Notes: generated by a model from the sequence alone, not told the origin. A DNA stretch of 64,000 bases from an uncultured Pseudomonadales bacterium (GCA_964393205.1 CAYMSV010000001.1:5841-69840); one strand, 5' to 3'. Counted from the first letter of the stretch, positions 8,760-18,325 are shown. Program-made: numbers and translations.

Positions 8760-9470
8760 ATGGCAGTTAGTCTTCATGGTCGAGAAGTTAGCGCTGCTGT
8801 TTTTGATTTTGATCAAACCCTCTATCGATGTAATGGAGAAGCTGAAGAACATATGTGGGGTGATTTGCGACGTAAATTAGTAACAGACCCCAATGTTTTA
8901 GCCAAACAAAAAATTGTCAATCCAGACGAAGAAACGATAAAAAATCTAGTAAAAACCTATGTTGAACTAGCTCAAGAAATAAGTTGGAAGCCGGCGTTTT
9001 TAGCCATGGGTGGTAATGAAAAAGACTATCTTGAAATTACTTCATCTTTATCTATAGCTGATTATTTATCTTATGATCCAGAGTTAGTAAAACTCTTGAG
9101 TATGTTAATACAGCATCTACCAGTACATATTTTTACTGGATCAACCAGAGGGCGAGTTTTTGATGCTTTAGAAGTACTGCTAGGAAGTTTAAGTGATCAA
9201 TTTTTATATAAAAAAGTTTTAGCAGTTGATGATATGAAAAAAGGGACCAAGCCTGATTTAGCAGCTTATCAAGAGATGTTGGAGAGATTTAGACTCGAAC
9301 CCCAATCAACGATCTTTGTTGACGACCAAATAGCCGAAGTAGAAGCAGCTGCTAGCTTAGGAATAATTACTTTTTTAATTAGGGAGCAGGGCGAGGACGA
9401 TGAGGCAATTAATCCTCATATTCTTATTAATTCAGTTTTAGATTTAACAAAATATTTGGAAATCAAATGA
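8760..9470 (+). CDS. HAD-superfamily hydrolase
   Basis: DxD motif VFDFDQTL, later FVDDQ; ATG at 8760 (track start 8748 is TTG). Confidence 0.65.
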   Translation: MAVSLHGREVSAAVFDFDQTLYRCNGEAEEHMWGDLRRKLVTDPNVLAKQKIVNPDEETIKNLVKTYVELAQEISWKPAFLAMGGNEKDYLEITSSLSIADYLSYDPELVKLLSMLIQHLPVHIFTGSTRGRVFDALEVLLGSLSDQFLYKKVLAVDDMKKGTKPDLAAYQEMLERFRLEPQSTIFVDDQIAEVEAAASLGIITFLIREQGEDDEAINPHILINSVLDLTKYLEIK

Positions 9471-9484
9471 GCGATTGTTTCATT

Positions 9485-9493
9485 TGCTACAAT
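9485..9493 (+). promoter_or_regulatory. extended -10 promoter TGcTACAAT, 9 nt before ATG (leaderless-type)
   Basis: Exact TGnTACAAT, the same motif recurs before ychF and small ORF 10960. Confidence 0.45.
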
Positions 9494-9502
9494 GATTAAG
9501 CT

Positions 9503-10612
9503 ATGAAAAAATTTTTAATTACTTTTTTATTAATAATTGCTTTGATCGGAGGCTATCTTTGGTTTAACTCAACAGACCAAGAAGAACCGATGCTTTTACC
9601 AAGTGTTAATGACGATGTGACTACAACAGAGGACCAGTTAGAATCACCACTGTTGATAGCTGAAGGTTTAGAAGTGCCCTGGGCACTAGCTTTTTTGCCT
9701 GATGGAGATATTTTATTAACGGAGCGTGAGGGTCGGGTTAGATTAGTTGCTGATGAAGTTTTGCAAGAAGAACCAGTGCTTGTGCTTGATCAGGTGGAAG
9801 CAATTGGCGAGGGTGGTTTATTAGGAATTACCATTCATCCTCAATTTAGTGATAACTCTTTTGTTTATCTTTATTACACTTATCGCAGAGATGAGACTTT
9901 GACTAATCGAGTGGTGAGAATGACTTATCAAAATGGCAAGTTAAGTGATGAAGAAATCATTATCGACAACATTCCTGGAGACAACATTCACAACGGTGGT
10001 CGGCTTAAATTTGGACCGGATGACTATTTATATATAACTACTGGTGATGCCGCTAATGCCGATTTAGCTCAGGATACTAATTCTTTAGCTGGTAAAATCT
10101 TGCGAGTGAACGATGAGGGAGAGGCAGTAGCGGACAATCCTTTTGATAATTTGGTTTATTCTTATGGTCACCGTAATCCTCAAGGTTTAGCTTGGGACAG
10201 TGCTGGTCAATTGTGGGCCACTGAACATGGTCCTTCTGCTCAAGATGAAATTAATTTGATTGAAATGGGAAAAAATTACGGTTGGCCGATTATTACCGGA
10301 GACGATGAGGCAAAGGACATGGAAACAGCTCAACTCCAATCTGGTACTGGTGATACTTGGGCGCCTTCGGGTTTAGCCTTTGTTAATGACTTACTCTTTT
10401 TTGGCGGTTTGCGTGGGCAGGCCTTGCATCAAGTAAAACTAGGTCAGGAATTAAGTCTTGAAAAACATTTTGCCGGCCCTTTTGGACGGATTCGAGCAGT
10501 AGTCACCGGCCCAGATGGTTGGTTATACATTGCTACTAGCAACCGAGATGGTCGGGGTAATCCTAGCACTCAAGATGATCGTTTAATTAAAATTGATCCA
10601 AATAGCCTTTAA
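9503..10612 (+). CDS. PQQ-dependent soluble sugar (glucose/sorbosone) dehydrogenase, beta-propeller, secreted
   Basis: Signal/TM N-terminus; motifs VPWALAFLPDG, GLLGITIHP, HNGGRLKFGPDDYLYITTGD, HRNPQGLAWD, GKNYGWP match the SGDH family. Confidence 0.75.
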   Translation: MKKFLITFLLIIALIGGYLWFNSTDQEEPMLLPSVNDDVTTTEDQLESPLLIAEGLEVPWALAFLPDGDILLTEREGRVRLVADEVLQEEPVLVLDQVEAIGEGGLLGITIHPQFSDNSFVYLYYTYRRDETLTNRVVRMTYQNGKLSDEEIIIDNIPGDNIHNGGRLKFGPDDYLYITTGDAANADLAQDTNSLAGKILRVNDEGEAVADNPFDNLVYSYGHRNPQGLAWDSAGQLWATEHGPSAQDEINLIEMGKNYGWPIITGDDEAKDMETAQLQSGTGDTWAPSGLAFVNDLLFFGGLRGQALHQVKLGQELSLEKHFAGPFGRIRAVVTGPDGWLYIATSNRDGRGNPSTQDDRLIKIDPNSL

Positions 10613-10699
10613 TTTTTATAAAAACAAATAATTTTCGAGATTGATTGGCGTGTTATACTATCAGATTAATTATTTATTTAATAAATAAGGGAGTTAACA

Positions 10700-10903
10700 A
10701 TGTTAGCTACGAGCAGATCAAAAGAATTGTTTAGAAAATATGGGGTTGATTCATCTCTTGTTTCGGCGCTAGACACAGAGCAAGATCAAAATAAAAGAGA
10801 CGAACTACAAGATCAGATCTCAAAAATTCTTTGTGCAGCTTTGCTCAGTTTTCGAGTAGATAAAGAAGACATAGCGGAAGTTAAAAAAATTGCTAATTTT
10901 TAA
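10700..10903 (+). CDS. small hypothetical protein (67 aa)
   Basis: Own TGtTATACT extended -10 element upstream; no homology recognised. Confidence 0.3.
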   Translation: MLATSRSKELFRKYGVDSSLVSALDTEQDQNKRDELQDQISKILCAALLSFRVDKEDIAEVKKIANF

Positions 10904-10941
10904 ATTAACCATAAATTTCAATCGGGCCTGATGATCTATTG

Positions 10942-10950
10942 TGATACAAT
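10942..10950 (+). promoter_or_regulatory. extended -10 promoter TGaTACAAT, 9 nt before ATG 10960
   Basis: Exact TGnTACAAT. Confidence 0.4.
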
Positions 10951-10959
10951 AACCAACAT

Positions 10960-11181
10960 ATGACACCAGAAAAAGGACGCAAACTTAATAAATCTGAAGT
11001 TAAAAAGCCAGAATTAGTTGAAGTGTTGGCCAGTGAAATTTACAATTCAATTATCAAAATTGGCCAAAAACAAGGCCTAACCCTAGCTGATTCTGAATTT
11101 GTCGATAAAGTTTTTTGGGCTTTGACCAAGGCCAAACTTCGCATTTACAATGAATCAAATAAGCTCGAGCAAAACGATTAA
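10960..11181 (+). CDS. small hypothetical protein (73 aa)
   Basis: ORF with its own leaderless-type promoter; no homology recognised. Confidence 0.3.
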   Translation: MTPEKGRKLNKSEVKKPELVEVLASEIYNSIIKIGQKQGLTLADSEFVDKVFWALTKAKLRIYNESNKLEQND

Positions 11182-11284
11182 GCCTTAGTTACTTAGTTTC
11201 TCAATAAAAAAAATTGCTTGAAAGAAAAATAGCTTCTTTTCGGTATTACAGTTAGATAATAATTGTAAACAGAAAGGAGGTAAA

Positions 11285-11671
11285 ATGTTAAAAAAGCAAG
11301 TAATTTCCCTAGGAATAGTAAGTTTATTGACTGCCGGAGTTTTTTTACTCCCCAATGTAGTCAATGCTTATCGTGGTGATCCTAGTATTGAGGGTCCCAA
11401 CCACACTGATGAACGACACGAAGCCATGACCAATGCTTTTGCCAATAATGATTATTCAGCTTGGCAAGAACTGATGAATGGTAAGGGTCGAGTAGCGGAA
11501 GTGGTCAACGAAGGTAATTTTGCTAGATTCGCCGAAGCTCATCAATTAGCCCAAGAAGGTAAGATTGAAGAAGCTAAGCAAATTAGAGCAGAATTAGGTT
11601 TAGGACTTGGTAATGGTGCTGGTAAAGATCAGGATCGGGGTCAAGGACAGATGAATCGTCGCAATCGCTAA
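11285..11671 (+). CDS. small secreted protein with Gly/Asp/Gln-rich tail, upstream of ECF sigma
   Basis: Signal peptide MLKKQVISLGIVSLLTAGVFLLPNVVNA; strong AAAGGAGGT RBS 5 nt before ATG; followed by a terminator. Confidence 0.5.
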   Translation: MLKKQVISLGIVSLLTAGVFLLPNVVNAYRGDPSIEGPNHTDERHEAMTNAFANNDYSAWQELMNGKGRVAEVVNEGNFARFAEAHQLAQEGKIEEAKQIRAELGLGLGNGAGKDQDRGQGQMNRRNR

Positions 11672-11686
11672 ACGATTTTTTCAAAA

Positions 11687-11718
11687 AAGCCCTCTTAAAT
11701 TTTTAAGTGGGCTTTTTT
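11687..11718 (+). terminator. rho-independent terminator
   Basis: 12-bp stem AAGCCCTCTTAA/TTAAGTGGGCTT with one mismatch, 4-nt loop, then TTTTTT. Confidence 0.55.
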
Positions 11719-11768
11719 AGCTTTTAGTAAAATTAAAAAGATACATTATTTTATATTCAAATGGGCTT

Positions 11769-11774
11769 TATAAT
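11769..11774 (+). promoter_or_regulatory. -10 TATAAT for the ECF sigma gene
   Basis: TATAAT 17 nt before ATG 11792; weak TTATTT -35 at 17-nt spacing. Confidence 0.35.
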
Positions 11775-11791
11775 AGTTTTTGTTAATAGTT

Positions 11792-12340
11792 ATGCGAAAT
11801 TATAAGAAGTTGAGTGATGAGCAACTGGTGAGCTTGGTCAGAAAGCAAGATCAAGAACTTTATCGTTATTTGATTGATCGCTATCAAGCTAAACTCTTGC
11901 GTTATGCCCTTTATTTAACGGCTGACGATGATCAAGCTGCAGATGTAGTACAAGAAGCTTTTATTAAGGCTTTTGTTAATCTTCAGTCTTTTAACAGCAA
12001 AAAAAAGTTTAGTAGCTGGCTATATCGGATTACTCACAATGAGGCGATGAACATACTCAATCGCCATAAACAAGAGTTACCAATACTCAAAGACATTGAT
12101 TTTGCCAGTGATATCGATTTGGAAGATGATTTTATTAAAAAAGAACTAGAAGGTCGCGCCCAACGATGTTTGGCGCAAATGCCGGTGATTTATAAAGAAG
12201 TTTTAACTCTTTATTATTTGGAAGAACAATCTTATGAAGAAATTAGTGATATTTTACGAATAGCGATTGGTACGGTGGGTACTAGACTTAATCGAGCCAA
12301 AATATTAATGAAAAAACTATGTCAAAAACAAAAAAAGTAA
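11792..12340 (+). CDS. ECF-subfamily RNA polymerase sigma factor (sigma-70 regions 2 and 4)
   Basis: Region 2 LVQEAFIKAFVNLQSF...SWLYRITHNEAMN, region 4 LTLYYLEEQSYEEISDILRIAIGTVGTRLNRAK; ATG 11792 (track start 11780 is TTG). Confidence 0.85.
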   Translation: MRNYKKLSDEQLVSLVRKQDQELYRYLIDRYQAKLLRYALYLTADDDQAADVVQEAFIKAFVNLQSFNSKKKFSSWLYRITHNEAMNILNRHKQELPILKDIDFASDIDLEDDFIKKELEGRAQRCLAQMPVIYKEVLTLYYLEEQSYEEISDILRIAIGTVGTRLNRAKILMKKLCQKQKK

Positions 12341-12990
12341 GAACAAAGAAAAAAACAGAGCAAAAATCAATCGATCTTAGTCAAGAGATTATGACTAAGG
12401 TGAAGGCTGGTGAAATTAACATGAAACCCAGATGGTATTTTGTTTTAGGTTCTAGTTTGCTGTTTTTAGCTTTGGTAACTTTAATTGTTCTGGCGGTTTT
12501 TTTATTTAATGTCAGTTTGTTTGTTTTACGTCGTCAGGGACCAATGCGTTTATGGCGTTTAGAAATGCTTCTTAGTAATTTGCCACTATGGATACCAATT
12601 TTAGCTATTTTAACCCTGTGGGGTGGAATTAAATTATTAAAAAAATATGACTTTTCTTACAAAAATAATTTCTTGCTGATTATTATTACTTTTGTGATAG
12701 CCATTATTGCAGCTGCCTGGGCAATTGATAGTTTAGGACTCAATGAATTTTGGTCAAGAAAAGAACCCATGAGGCGCTTTTACCAAAATTTAGACCCGAA
12801 TTTTGAAGGCAAAAACTTTGGAAATAAGCCTGGAACTGGCAAGTCCGAGCCTGGCAGTGGCAAGTCTGAACCTGGAATTGGCAAGTCCGAGCCTTGGCAG
12901 TGGCAAACGCTTTTAATCAAACTTATTCAAGCTCGGTCACTGGAGCGACAGCATCCACTTTCCACTCAGCATTTTCTTCAATTAAGGTGA
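12319..12990 (+). CDS. polytopic membrane protein co-transcribed with the ECF sigma (candidate anti-sigma); C-terminal PG(S/T)GKSEPG x3 repeat
   Basis: Overlaps sigma gene by 22 nt; 3 TM helices; 21-bp coding tandem repeat at 12826..12900; 3' end overlaps convergent gene so the true stop is uncertain. Confidence 0.45.
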   Translation: MSKTKKVRTKKKTEQKSIDLSQEIMTKVKAGEINMKPRWYFVLGSSLLFLALVTLIVLAVFLFNVSLFVLRRQGPMRLWRLEMLLSNLPLWIPILAILTLWGGIKLLKKYDFSYKNNFLLIIITFVIAIIAAAWAIDSLGLNEFWSRKEPMRRFYQNLDPNFEGKNFGNKPGTGKSEPGSGKSEPGIGKSEPWQWQTLLIKLIQARSLERQHPLSTQHFLQLR

Positions 12991-13483
12991 TGGCTCTTAG
13001 TGTGCGACCTCCTGAATAATTAAGTCCAACAGTGAGGATGGCGCTACCATCTTCTGCTAAAGCCAAATCTTCCACACTGACTCCTTGATCTGGCATATCT
13101 TGTACACCAACAAACATGGCTAAATCACGAGACAAAGTTTCTTGATTAATATTTGCTTGGGCTCCACTGGATAGGGCTTGATAAGCACGATTGGCCGCTG
13201 CTTCATCCATGCTTGGAGGACCAACTTCAATAAAATCTAAGACAAATTGAAAGCCAGCTCTTTCAGCTTCTTCGGCTTTTTGACTCAATTCATCATCCAT
13301 TATCATTTCGTCTTCAAGATCTGCTGACTCCTCCTCAGGAACAGGCAAAGATTCCTCTTCGAGCACATCAGTGACTTTTGGACTCATAAAACCAGAACCC
13401 AAATTAAACCAGGCTAGGGCGACAACGATAGCGATAATGGCCAAAATTATTAAGATAATAAGACCTGTATTTTGTTTTTTCAT
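12923..13483 (-). CDS. membrane-anchored/secreted acidic protein, unknown function
   Basis: N-terminal TM helix then Glu/Asp-rich region; upstream gene of the two-gene minus-strand unit with the M50 protease. Confidence 0.45.
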   Translation of the reverse strand: MKKQNTGLIILIILAIIAIVVALAWFNLGSGFMSPKVTDVLEEESLPVPEEESADLEDEMIMDDELSQKAEEAERAGFQFVLDFIEVGPPSMDEAAANRAYQALSSGAQANINQETLSRDLAMFVGVQDMPDQGVSVEDLALAEDGSAILTVGLNYSGGRTLRAITLIEENAEWKVDAVAPVTELE

Positions 13484-13550
13484 AATAAATACAATATATC
13501 AAAGAAAGTTTCTTAAGCAAAGTGGATTTGAATCAAGACCAAACCAGAAA

Positions 13551-14177
13551 TTAAATCAACCAATTAGTTAAAAGGTTAATAATTGGTCCGAGCAATTGCA
13601 CTACAGCCGATTGACCACTAAAAATTGGCAAAATCATAAACAATAAAATAAATTGACCATAACGTTCCATGACCGCTTCGTATTCATAGCTAGTTTCTTT
13701 GGGCAAAATAGCTCTCATAATTTTACCTCCATCAAGAGGATAAACGGGTAGAAGATTAAATAAGGCTAGGGCAAGATTAATATAAATTAAAAATTCAGCA
13801 AAAACCGCAATGAGACTACCACCAAAAAAACGAGTCAAAAGTGCTAATAAAAGAGCAATAATAATATTGGTTAAAGGCCCGGCAGCAGCAATAATAGCGG
13901 TGTCGCGTACTGGCGATTTTAGGTTGTAAGGATCATAAGGGGCGGCCTTACCCCAGCCAAAACCAGTTAATATGATCAATAAAGTGCCCAAGGGATCTAG
14001 ATGAGCTCGTGGATCGAGAGTGAGGCGACCTTTTATTCGCGGAGTTGGATCTCCCAATTTATCAGTGACGTAACAATGAGCTGCTTCGTGAAAACTAATT
14101 GACAGCAATAAGCCAATTAAGATTAAGAAAAAAGCGATTGGGCTACTAAACAACAAACTTATTAGCATGTGTTCCAT
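13551..14177 (-). CDS. site-2 protease family zinc metalloprotease (peptidase M50, no PDZ)
   Basis: HEAAHCYV HExxH in a TM helix, second-site LPVYPLDGG (LDG) motif, 208 aa polytopic. Confidence 0.8.
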   Translation of the reverse strand: MEHMLISLLFSSPIAFFLILIGLLLSISFHEAAHCYVTDKLGDPTPRIKGRLTLDPRAHLDPLGTLLIILTGFGWGKAAPYDPYNLKSPVRDTAIIAAAGPLTNIIIALLLALLTRFFGGSLIAVFAEFLIYINLALALFNLLPVYPLDGGKIMRAILPKETSYEYEAVMERYGQFILLFMILPIFSGQSAVVQLLGPIINLLTNWLI

Positions 14178-14263
14178 TCTACTACATATAGCAAATGATA
14201 AAAGTTTTATTTTAATCAGGAGATAATTGCAGAAAAGCCTTGCGCGTGTTAGAATTCCTTCTT

Positions 14264-14494
14264 ATGAAAAGAGCAAAAGTTAGTGACTTAATTAAAAAAT
14301 TACCACGAGCATCTCATACTGGTAATAATGTTTCTCACGCCAAGAATCGTACTAAGCGCAAGTTCAAATATAACTTACACGCAGTAACTGTCATTTTGGA
14401 TGGGGAAAAGAAAAAGATTAAGGTTCCAACAAGTCAACTCAGACAACTCAAAAAAGCTGGTTTAACTACTCATTATAAAAAACCCAGCGAATAA
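14264..14494 (+). CDS. rpmB: 50S ribosomal protein L28
   Basis: SHTGNNVSHAKNRTKRKFKYNLH matches the bL28 signature; ATG 14264 (track start 14240 is TTG). Confidence 0.8.
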   Translation: MKRAKVSDLIKKLPRASHTGNNVSHAKNRTKRKFKYNLHAVTVILDGEKKKIKVPTSQLRQLKKAGLTTHYKKPSE

Positions 14495-14505
14495 ATTTTT
14501 TACTT

Positions 14506-15588
14506 TTACTTAAAGTCGATCAGGTTTTTGATTTCGCTAAATAAGCAAGGATTTTTGCCGGCGAATTGAACTTTTTTCAAAACTAAGCGTTTGTCAGACT
14601 TTTTTTCTTCAATTTTACAAGACAAAATTTTTAATCGTTGTTCACCTTTGTGAGTAGGGACAATCGTCCATAATCCAGGCCAAGGCTGAAAAGCTGAACA
14701 AGCGTTTTTGATAAATTGCATTTGTTCAAGCTTTGTTAAGGGATAGTTGCCCAAAACTCCTTGTCCAGCCAATAATTGGCTAAGTAAGGTGTCTTTTTTA
14801 ATGTTTAAGGAAGAGTTATTTTTTTGTAATTCTTTCAATTTTTCATCTGAGCTAAATTCCAACAAGCCTTGTAATTGTGACCAAACCACAAAAGCGTCTG
14901 CCTTATCTAGGCGCTGAGCAAATGGGGTAGGGGCCTGTTTGGGTTGAGCTATTGGCTTTAATTGGCCTTTAACAAATTTTAAGATATTGTTTGCTAGAGA
15001 TTGTCTAATTAAAGTAAAAGCACTTTGATAATAGTCTGCTAGTGTCCAATTTTTGGCAATATCAAATGTTTTTTGCAAGATAATATCACCACTATCAAGT
15101 TCTTTTTTAACGGTCATCAGGGTGACAGCAGTTTTCTGGCCGCCAATTAGCTCGCCTTGCCAAGGACGTTTAAAATCCTGAAAAAGCATGGCAAATTGCC
15201 CAGGAGAACTACCTCGCCAACGAGGTAAAAGAGAGGGATGTATATTGAGCGCATCTATTTTGGGAAAATCCAAGAGCCAATCTGGAATAAAATAACCAAA
15301 ATCAACTACAAGCAAGATATCGACTTCGTGGGCACGAATTTGTTTTTTTAGTTGCAAATTTTTTAAATTATCGGGAACCAAAAAAGTGTTAATTTTTTTT
15401 TCTTTAGCCCAAAGAGCTAGGGGGTTAATAGTTAGTAGTTGTTTACGACCCACTTTCTTTGGTGGTGGAGTGAGTACCCAAACCAATTCAAAAGCTTTAT
15501 TACTGGCTAATTTTTCAGCAATTTCTTGACTATGTTGAGTTGAACCAGCAATTGCCAAGCGCAGTGGAGGAGAGGGATTCAATTTCAT
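14506..15588 (-). CDS. fmt: methionyl-tRNA formyltransferase
   Basis: NIHPSLLPRWRGSSP formyltransferase motif; immediately downstream of def. Confidence 0.85.
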   Translation of the reverse strand: MKLNPSPPLRLAIAGSTQHSQEIAEKLASNKAFELVWVLTPPPKKVGRKQLLTINPLALWAKEKKINTFLVPDNLKNLQLKKQIRAHEVDILLVVDFGYFIPDWLLDFPKIDALNIHPSLLPRWRGSSPGQFAMLFQDFKRPWQGELIGGQKTAVTLMTVKKELDSGDIILQKTFDIAKNWTLADYYQSAFTLIRQSLANNILKFVKGQLKPIAQPKQAPTPFAQRLDKADAFVVWSQLQGLLEFSSDEKLKELQKNNSSLNIKKDTLLSQLLAGQGVLGNYPLTKLEQMQFIKNACSAFQPWPGLWTIVPTHKGEQRLKILSCKIEEKKSDKRLVLKKVQFAGKNPCLFSEIKNLIDFK

Positions 15589-15596
15589 TTGTATCT

Positions 15597-16160
15597 TTAA
15601 AAACTTTCCAAAATTTGTCGGTTTTCAATCTCCACCCATTTATCATCTTCAATTGTGTAGGCTGGTAAATCATTGTCCAAGAGATAATCGGTAAATAAAA
15701 TACCTTGCAAATGATCGTATTCATGTTGAATGACTCTAGCCAGAAAACCCGAGTATTTTTCCTTTTTAACTTCAACTTGACCTTGATCATTGATGGTTTG
15801 ATACTGGATTTTTAACCATTCCCACCTAGGTACAGGACCATAAATTTTTGGCACCGAAAGACAGCCTTCAAAATGCTCATTTTCTTCGAGTAAAGTTTTT
15901 TTTGAACTGTGATCTATGATTTGTGGGTTAATGAAAGCACTAATTGTGGGCTTTTGATTTTTTTGATCAGATTTTCTTAAAACAAAGATCTGCCAAGACT
16001 TATTGACTTGAGGAGCAGCTAAACCGACTCCTTCAGGATCTTTTTCAAGCAAGAGTTGTTTTTTTAGTCGCTCTAGTAATTTAAGTAATCTTTTGTCAAA
16101 TTTCTCAACTGGACTAGCTACTTTGCGCAAAGTTGGATGAGGCGCCGAAATAATTTTCAT
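15597..16160 (-). CDS. def: peptide deformylase
   Basis: All three PDF motifs present: GVGLAAPQV, EGCLSVP, HEYDHLQG. Confidence 0.9.
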   Translation of the reverse strand: MKIISAPHPTLRKVASPVEKFDKRLLKLLERLKKQLLLEKDPEGVGLAAPQVNKSWQIFVLRKSDQKNQKPTISAFINPQIIDHSSKKTLLEENEHFEGCLSVPKIYGPVPRWEWLKIQYQTINDQGQVEVKKEKYSGFLARVIQHEYDHLQGILFTDYLLDNDLPAYTIEDDKWVEIENRQILESF

Positions 16161-16189
16161 GGGAGGTATTATAACCTAAATTGCCTGGT

Positions 16190-18325
16190 TTATAAATCTT
16201 TATTCTCTAATGCTTCTAGTGCTTCTTGAGCCGAATCATTGTTGGGATCAATTTTCTCTAGTATGAGCTGATAGTAATCTGCTGCCTCTTGAGTTTTACC
16301 TTGTAGCTCCAAAATTCTACCAAGCGCGTAATAGGCTTGCCAATAATTAGCTTTTAATTCAATGGCTTCATTTAATAGCTCAATGGCCTTTTCTTGTTCA
16401 CCCATCTCTTCTTCTACTAAAGCTAAATTATAGTAGAGTTTAGCTTCAGTGGGTGAAAGTTTAATTGCTGTTAGCAGACTATCTTTGGCAGCCGTATAAA
16501 ACCCATTACTAATTTGGGCTAATCTGATAAAAATTCTTGATCTACTTTTATAAAAATTAAGATGTGCCGGGTTAATTTTTTGTACAAAATTACTGGTTTG
16601 AATGGCTGCTTCTGCAAACTCAGCACTATTTGTAGCTTGATTGTCTTTAGCAAAAGCAATCGCTAAGATACTGTATTGACTGGCTAATTCATCATAAAAG
16701 AGCGCTTCCTTGGGAGATAAATCAATTGATTTTTGTATGAGCTGTAGTCCACTTTGCCAGTTTCCTTGCTGAATGTGAGTTTTACCATTGCTAAATAAGT
16801 AATCTGCTCGCCAAATTTTCCAAACGCCTCTATTAAGTGTAAACACTGCTAAAAGCAGAAAAACTATTGCCAAATATTCTAAAAAATTAAACTTTTTGTT
16901 TTTAATTTTTGGCCAGACTTGATCTGTTTGAAGCAAGACGCTGGCAAAAATTGCAAACAATAAATTGCTAGTAACGGTTGAGAAACCAAAGAAGTTGCTA
17001 ATAAACATTGCTAACAAAGAACTGGCTAAAGCAATTTTTTGGCTAGTTAATTGTTTGAGTTGCCATTGTTTAATAAGATAAATAAACAGAGCGACAAATA
17101 AGCTTAAATAGCTAAGTAAGCCAACTATGCCAGTAGTGGCTAAGAAGTTGAGTAATTCGTTATGCGCTTTGTTATATAAAAAATCCCATTCTGAAAGTAG
17201 ATTATGTTCAGCTGGTCGATCTTGATAGTAGCTGTACGCAAAAGTTTCTACTCCAGAGCCAAAAACAGGATAACGTTGCCAAACTTTCCAGGCTCCCTGC
17301 CAAACTACTCTTCTAATGTCACTAGATTTAGAACCACCAGCTTGGGGAAGGTTAGTAATCTCTGCCTCTTCACTGAGCGAATTTTCCGTACTTAGACCAT
17401 CGGTTAAAGAGCTAATTATTGATTGATTGGGAGAACTTAAACTTAAACTGGGACTAAAAATTATACTCACCAAGAGAATTAGAACGAAGGGTAGTAATAA
17501 CAAGGTATTTCTGATTTTCTTTTTGATGACCAGTTTTTGAGCAGCTAGTTGGAAAATGAGAGCAATGCCAAGAGCCAACAGGCCAGATCGTGATTTAGTG
17601 AATAATAAGGCCATTGATAGCAAAACAATTAGCAGAGCATAGTAAATAGCTTTTAGTGATAGCTTTGGCTTATTAGATTTTTCTAAGTATTGCCAAAATT
17701 GCCAGATAGCCAATGGGATAAGCATTATCAAAAAGGCAGCCAACCAGTTGGGTTGACCAAAAGTAGCAAAAACCCGATTTTGCACATCTTGTACCCAGCA
17801 GGTAACATCGTAATGTCCAGTGACAATTAAACAGCTCAAAGAATGACCAAAACGCTCAGGAATGGCGTATAAGCTGATCAATAAACCAGCAAAGAGTAAG
17901 TTTTTTAAGAGCAGTGTTAACTGTTCTTTTTTTAGATTATATTGAGCGCCGTAAAATAGGGCAGCATAGGCAAAGATAGACAGCAAGCCACCATTAAAGC
18001 GGGTGTAGTAACCAAAAATTGAAGTGCGTGGATGTATGGAAAATAAAGTTGAAACTAATTGAGAGAGTAAAAAGATAAGGATTAGATAATTATGAGTTTT
18101 GTATTGCCACAGCCATTGCCTTCTTACTAATGAGCGTAAACACCACAAGCCAACAATTAGACTGGTGAAAATATACACAAAAATCATTTTGTTAAATTCA
18201 AAGAGTTCTTGATTAAACCAGGTAAAAACAAAAGGAGTGCTAAAGACTACTATATTAAGTAGTACAAATATTATTTTTTGCAAAAGTCTATCAATTTTTT
18301 GCCGATCAATACTCATAATGGGCAT
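16190..18325 (-). CDS. O-antigen ligase/Wzy-like polytopic membrane protein with C-terminal TPR repeats
   Basis: 711 aa, more than 10 TM helices, C-terminal TPR motifs (YYNLALVEEEMGEQEKAIELLNEAIELKANYWQAYYALGRIL). Confidence 0.6.
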   Translation of the reverse strand: MPIMSIDRQKIDRLLQKIIFVLLNIVVFSTPFVFTWFNQELFEFNKMIFVYIFTSLIVGLWCLRSLVRRQWLWQYKTHNYLILIFLLSQLVSTLFSIHPRTSIFGYYTRFNGGLLSIFAYAALFYGAQYNLKKEQLTLLLKNLLFAGLLISLYAIPERFGHSLSCLIVTGHYDVTCWVQDVQNRVFATFGQPNWLAAFLIMLIPLAIWQFWQYLEKSNKPKLSLKAIYYALLIVLLSMALLFTKSRSGLLALGIALIFQLAAQKLVIKKKIRNTLLLLPFVLILLVSIIFSPSLSLSSPNQSIISSLTDGLSTENSLSEEAEITNLPQAGGSKSSDIRRVVWQGAWKVWQRYPVFGSGVETFAYSYYQDRPAEHNLLSEWDFLYNKAHNELLNFLATTGIVGLLSYLSLFVALFIYLIKQWQLKQLTSQKIALASSLLAMFISNFFGFSTVTSNLLFAIFASVLLQTDQVWPKIKNKKFNFLEYLAIVFLLLAVFTLNRGVWKIWRADYLFSNGKTHIQQGNWQSGLQLIQKSIDLSPKEALFYDELASQYSILAIAFAKDNQATNSAEFAEAAIQTSNFVQKINPAHLNFYKSRSRIFIRLAQISNGFYTAAKDSLLTAIKLSPTEAKLYYNLALVEEEMGEQEKAIELLNEAIELKANYWQAYYALGRILELQGKTQEAADYYQLILEKIDPNNDSAQEALEALENKDL

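Noticed and set aside
12826-12900. Possible CRISPR array (short tandem repeats here and at 18709..18770)
   Set aside because: The repeats are contiguous with no spacers, are in-frame coding, have only 3 units, and no cas genes are nearby.
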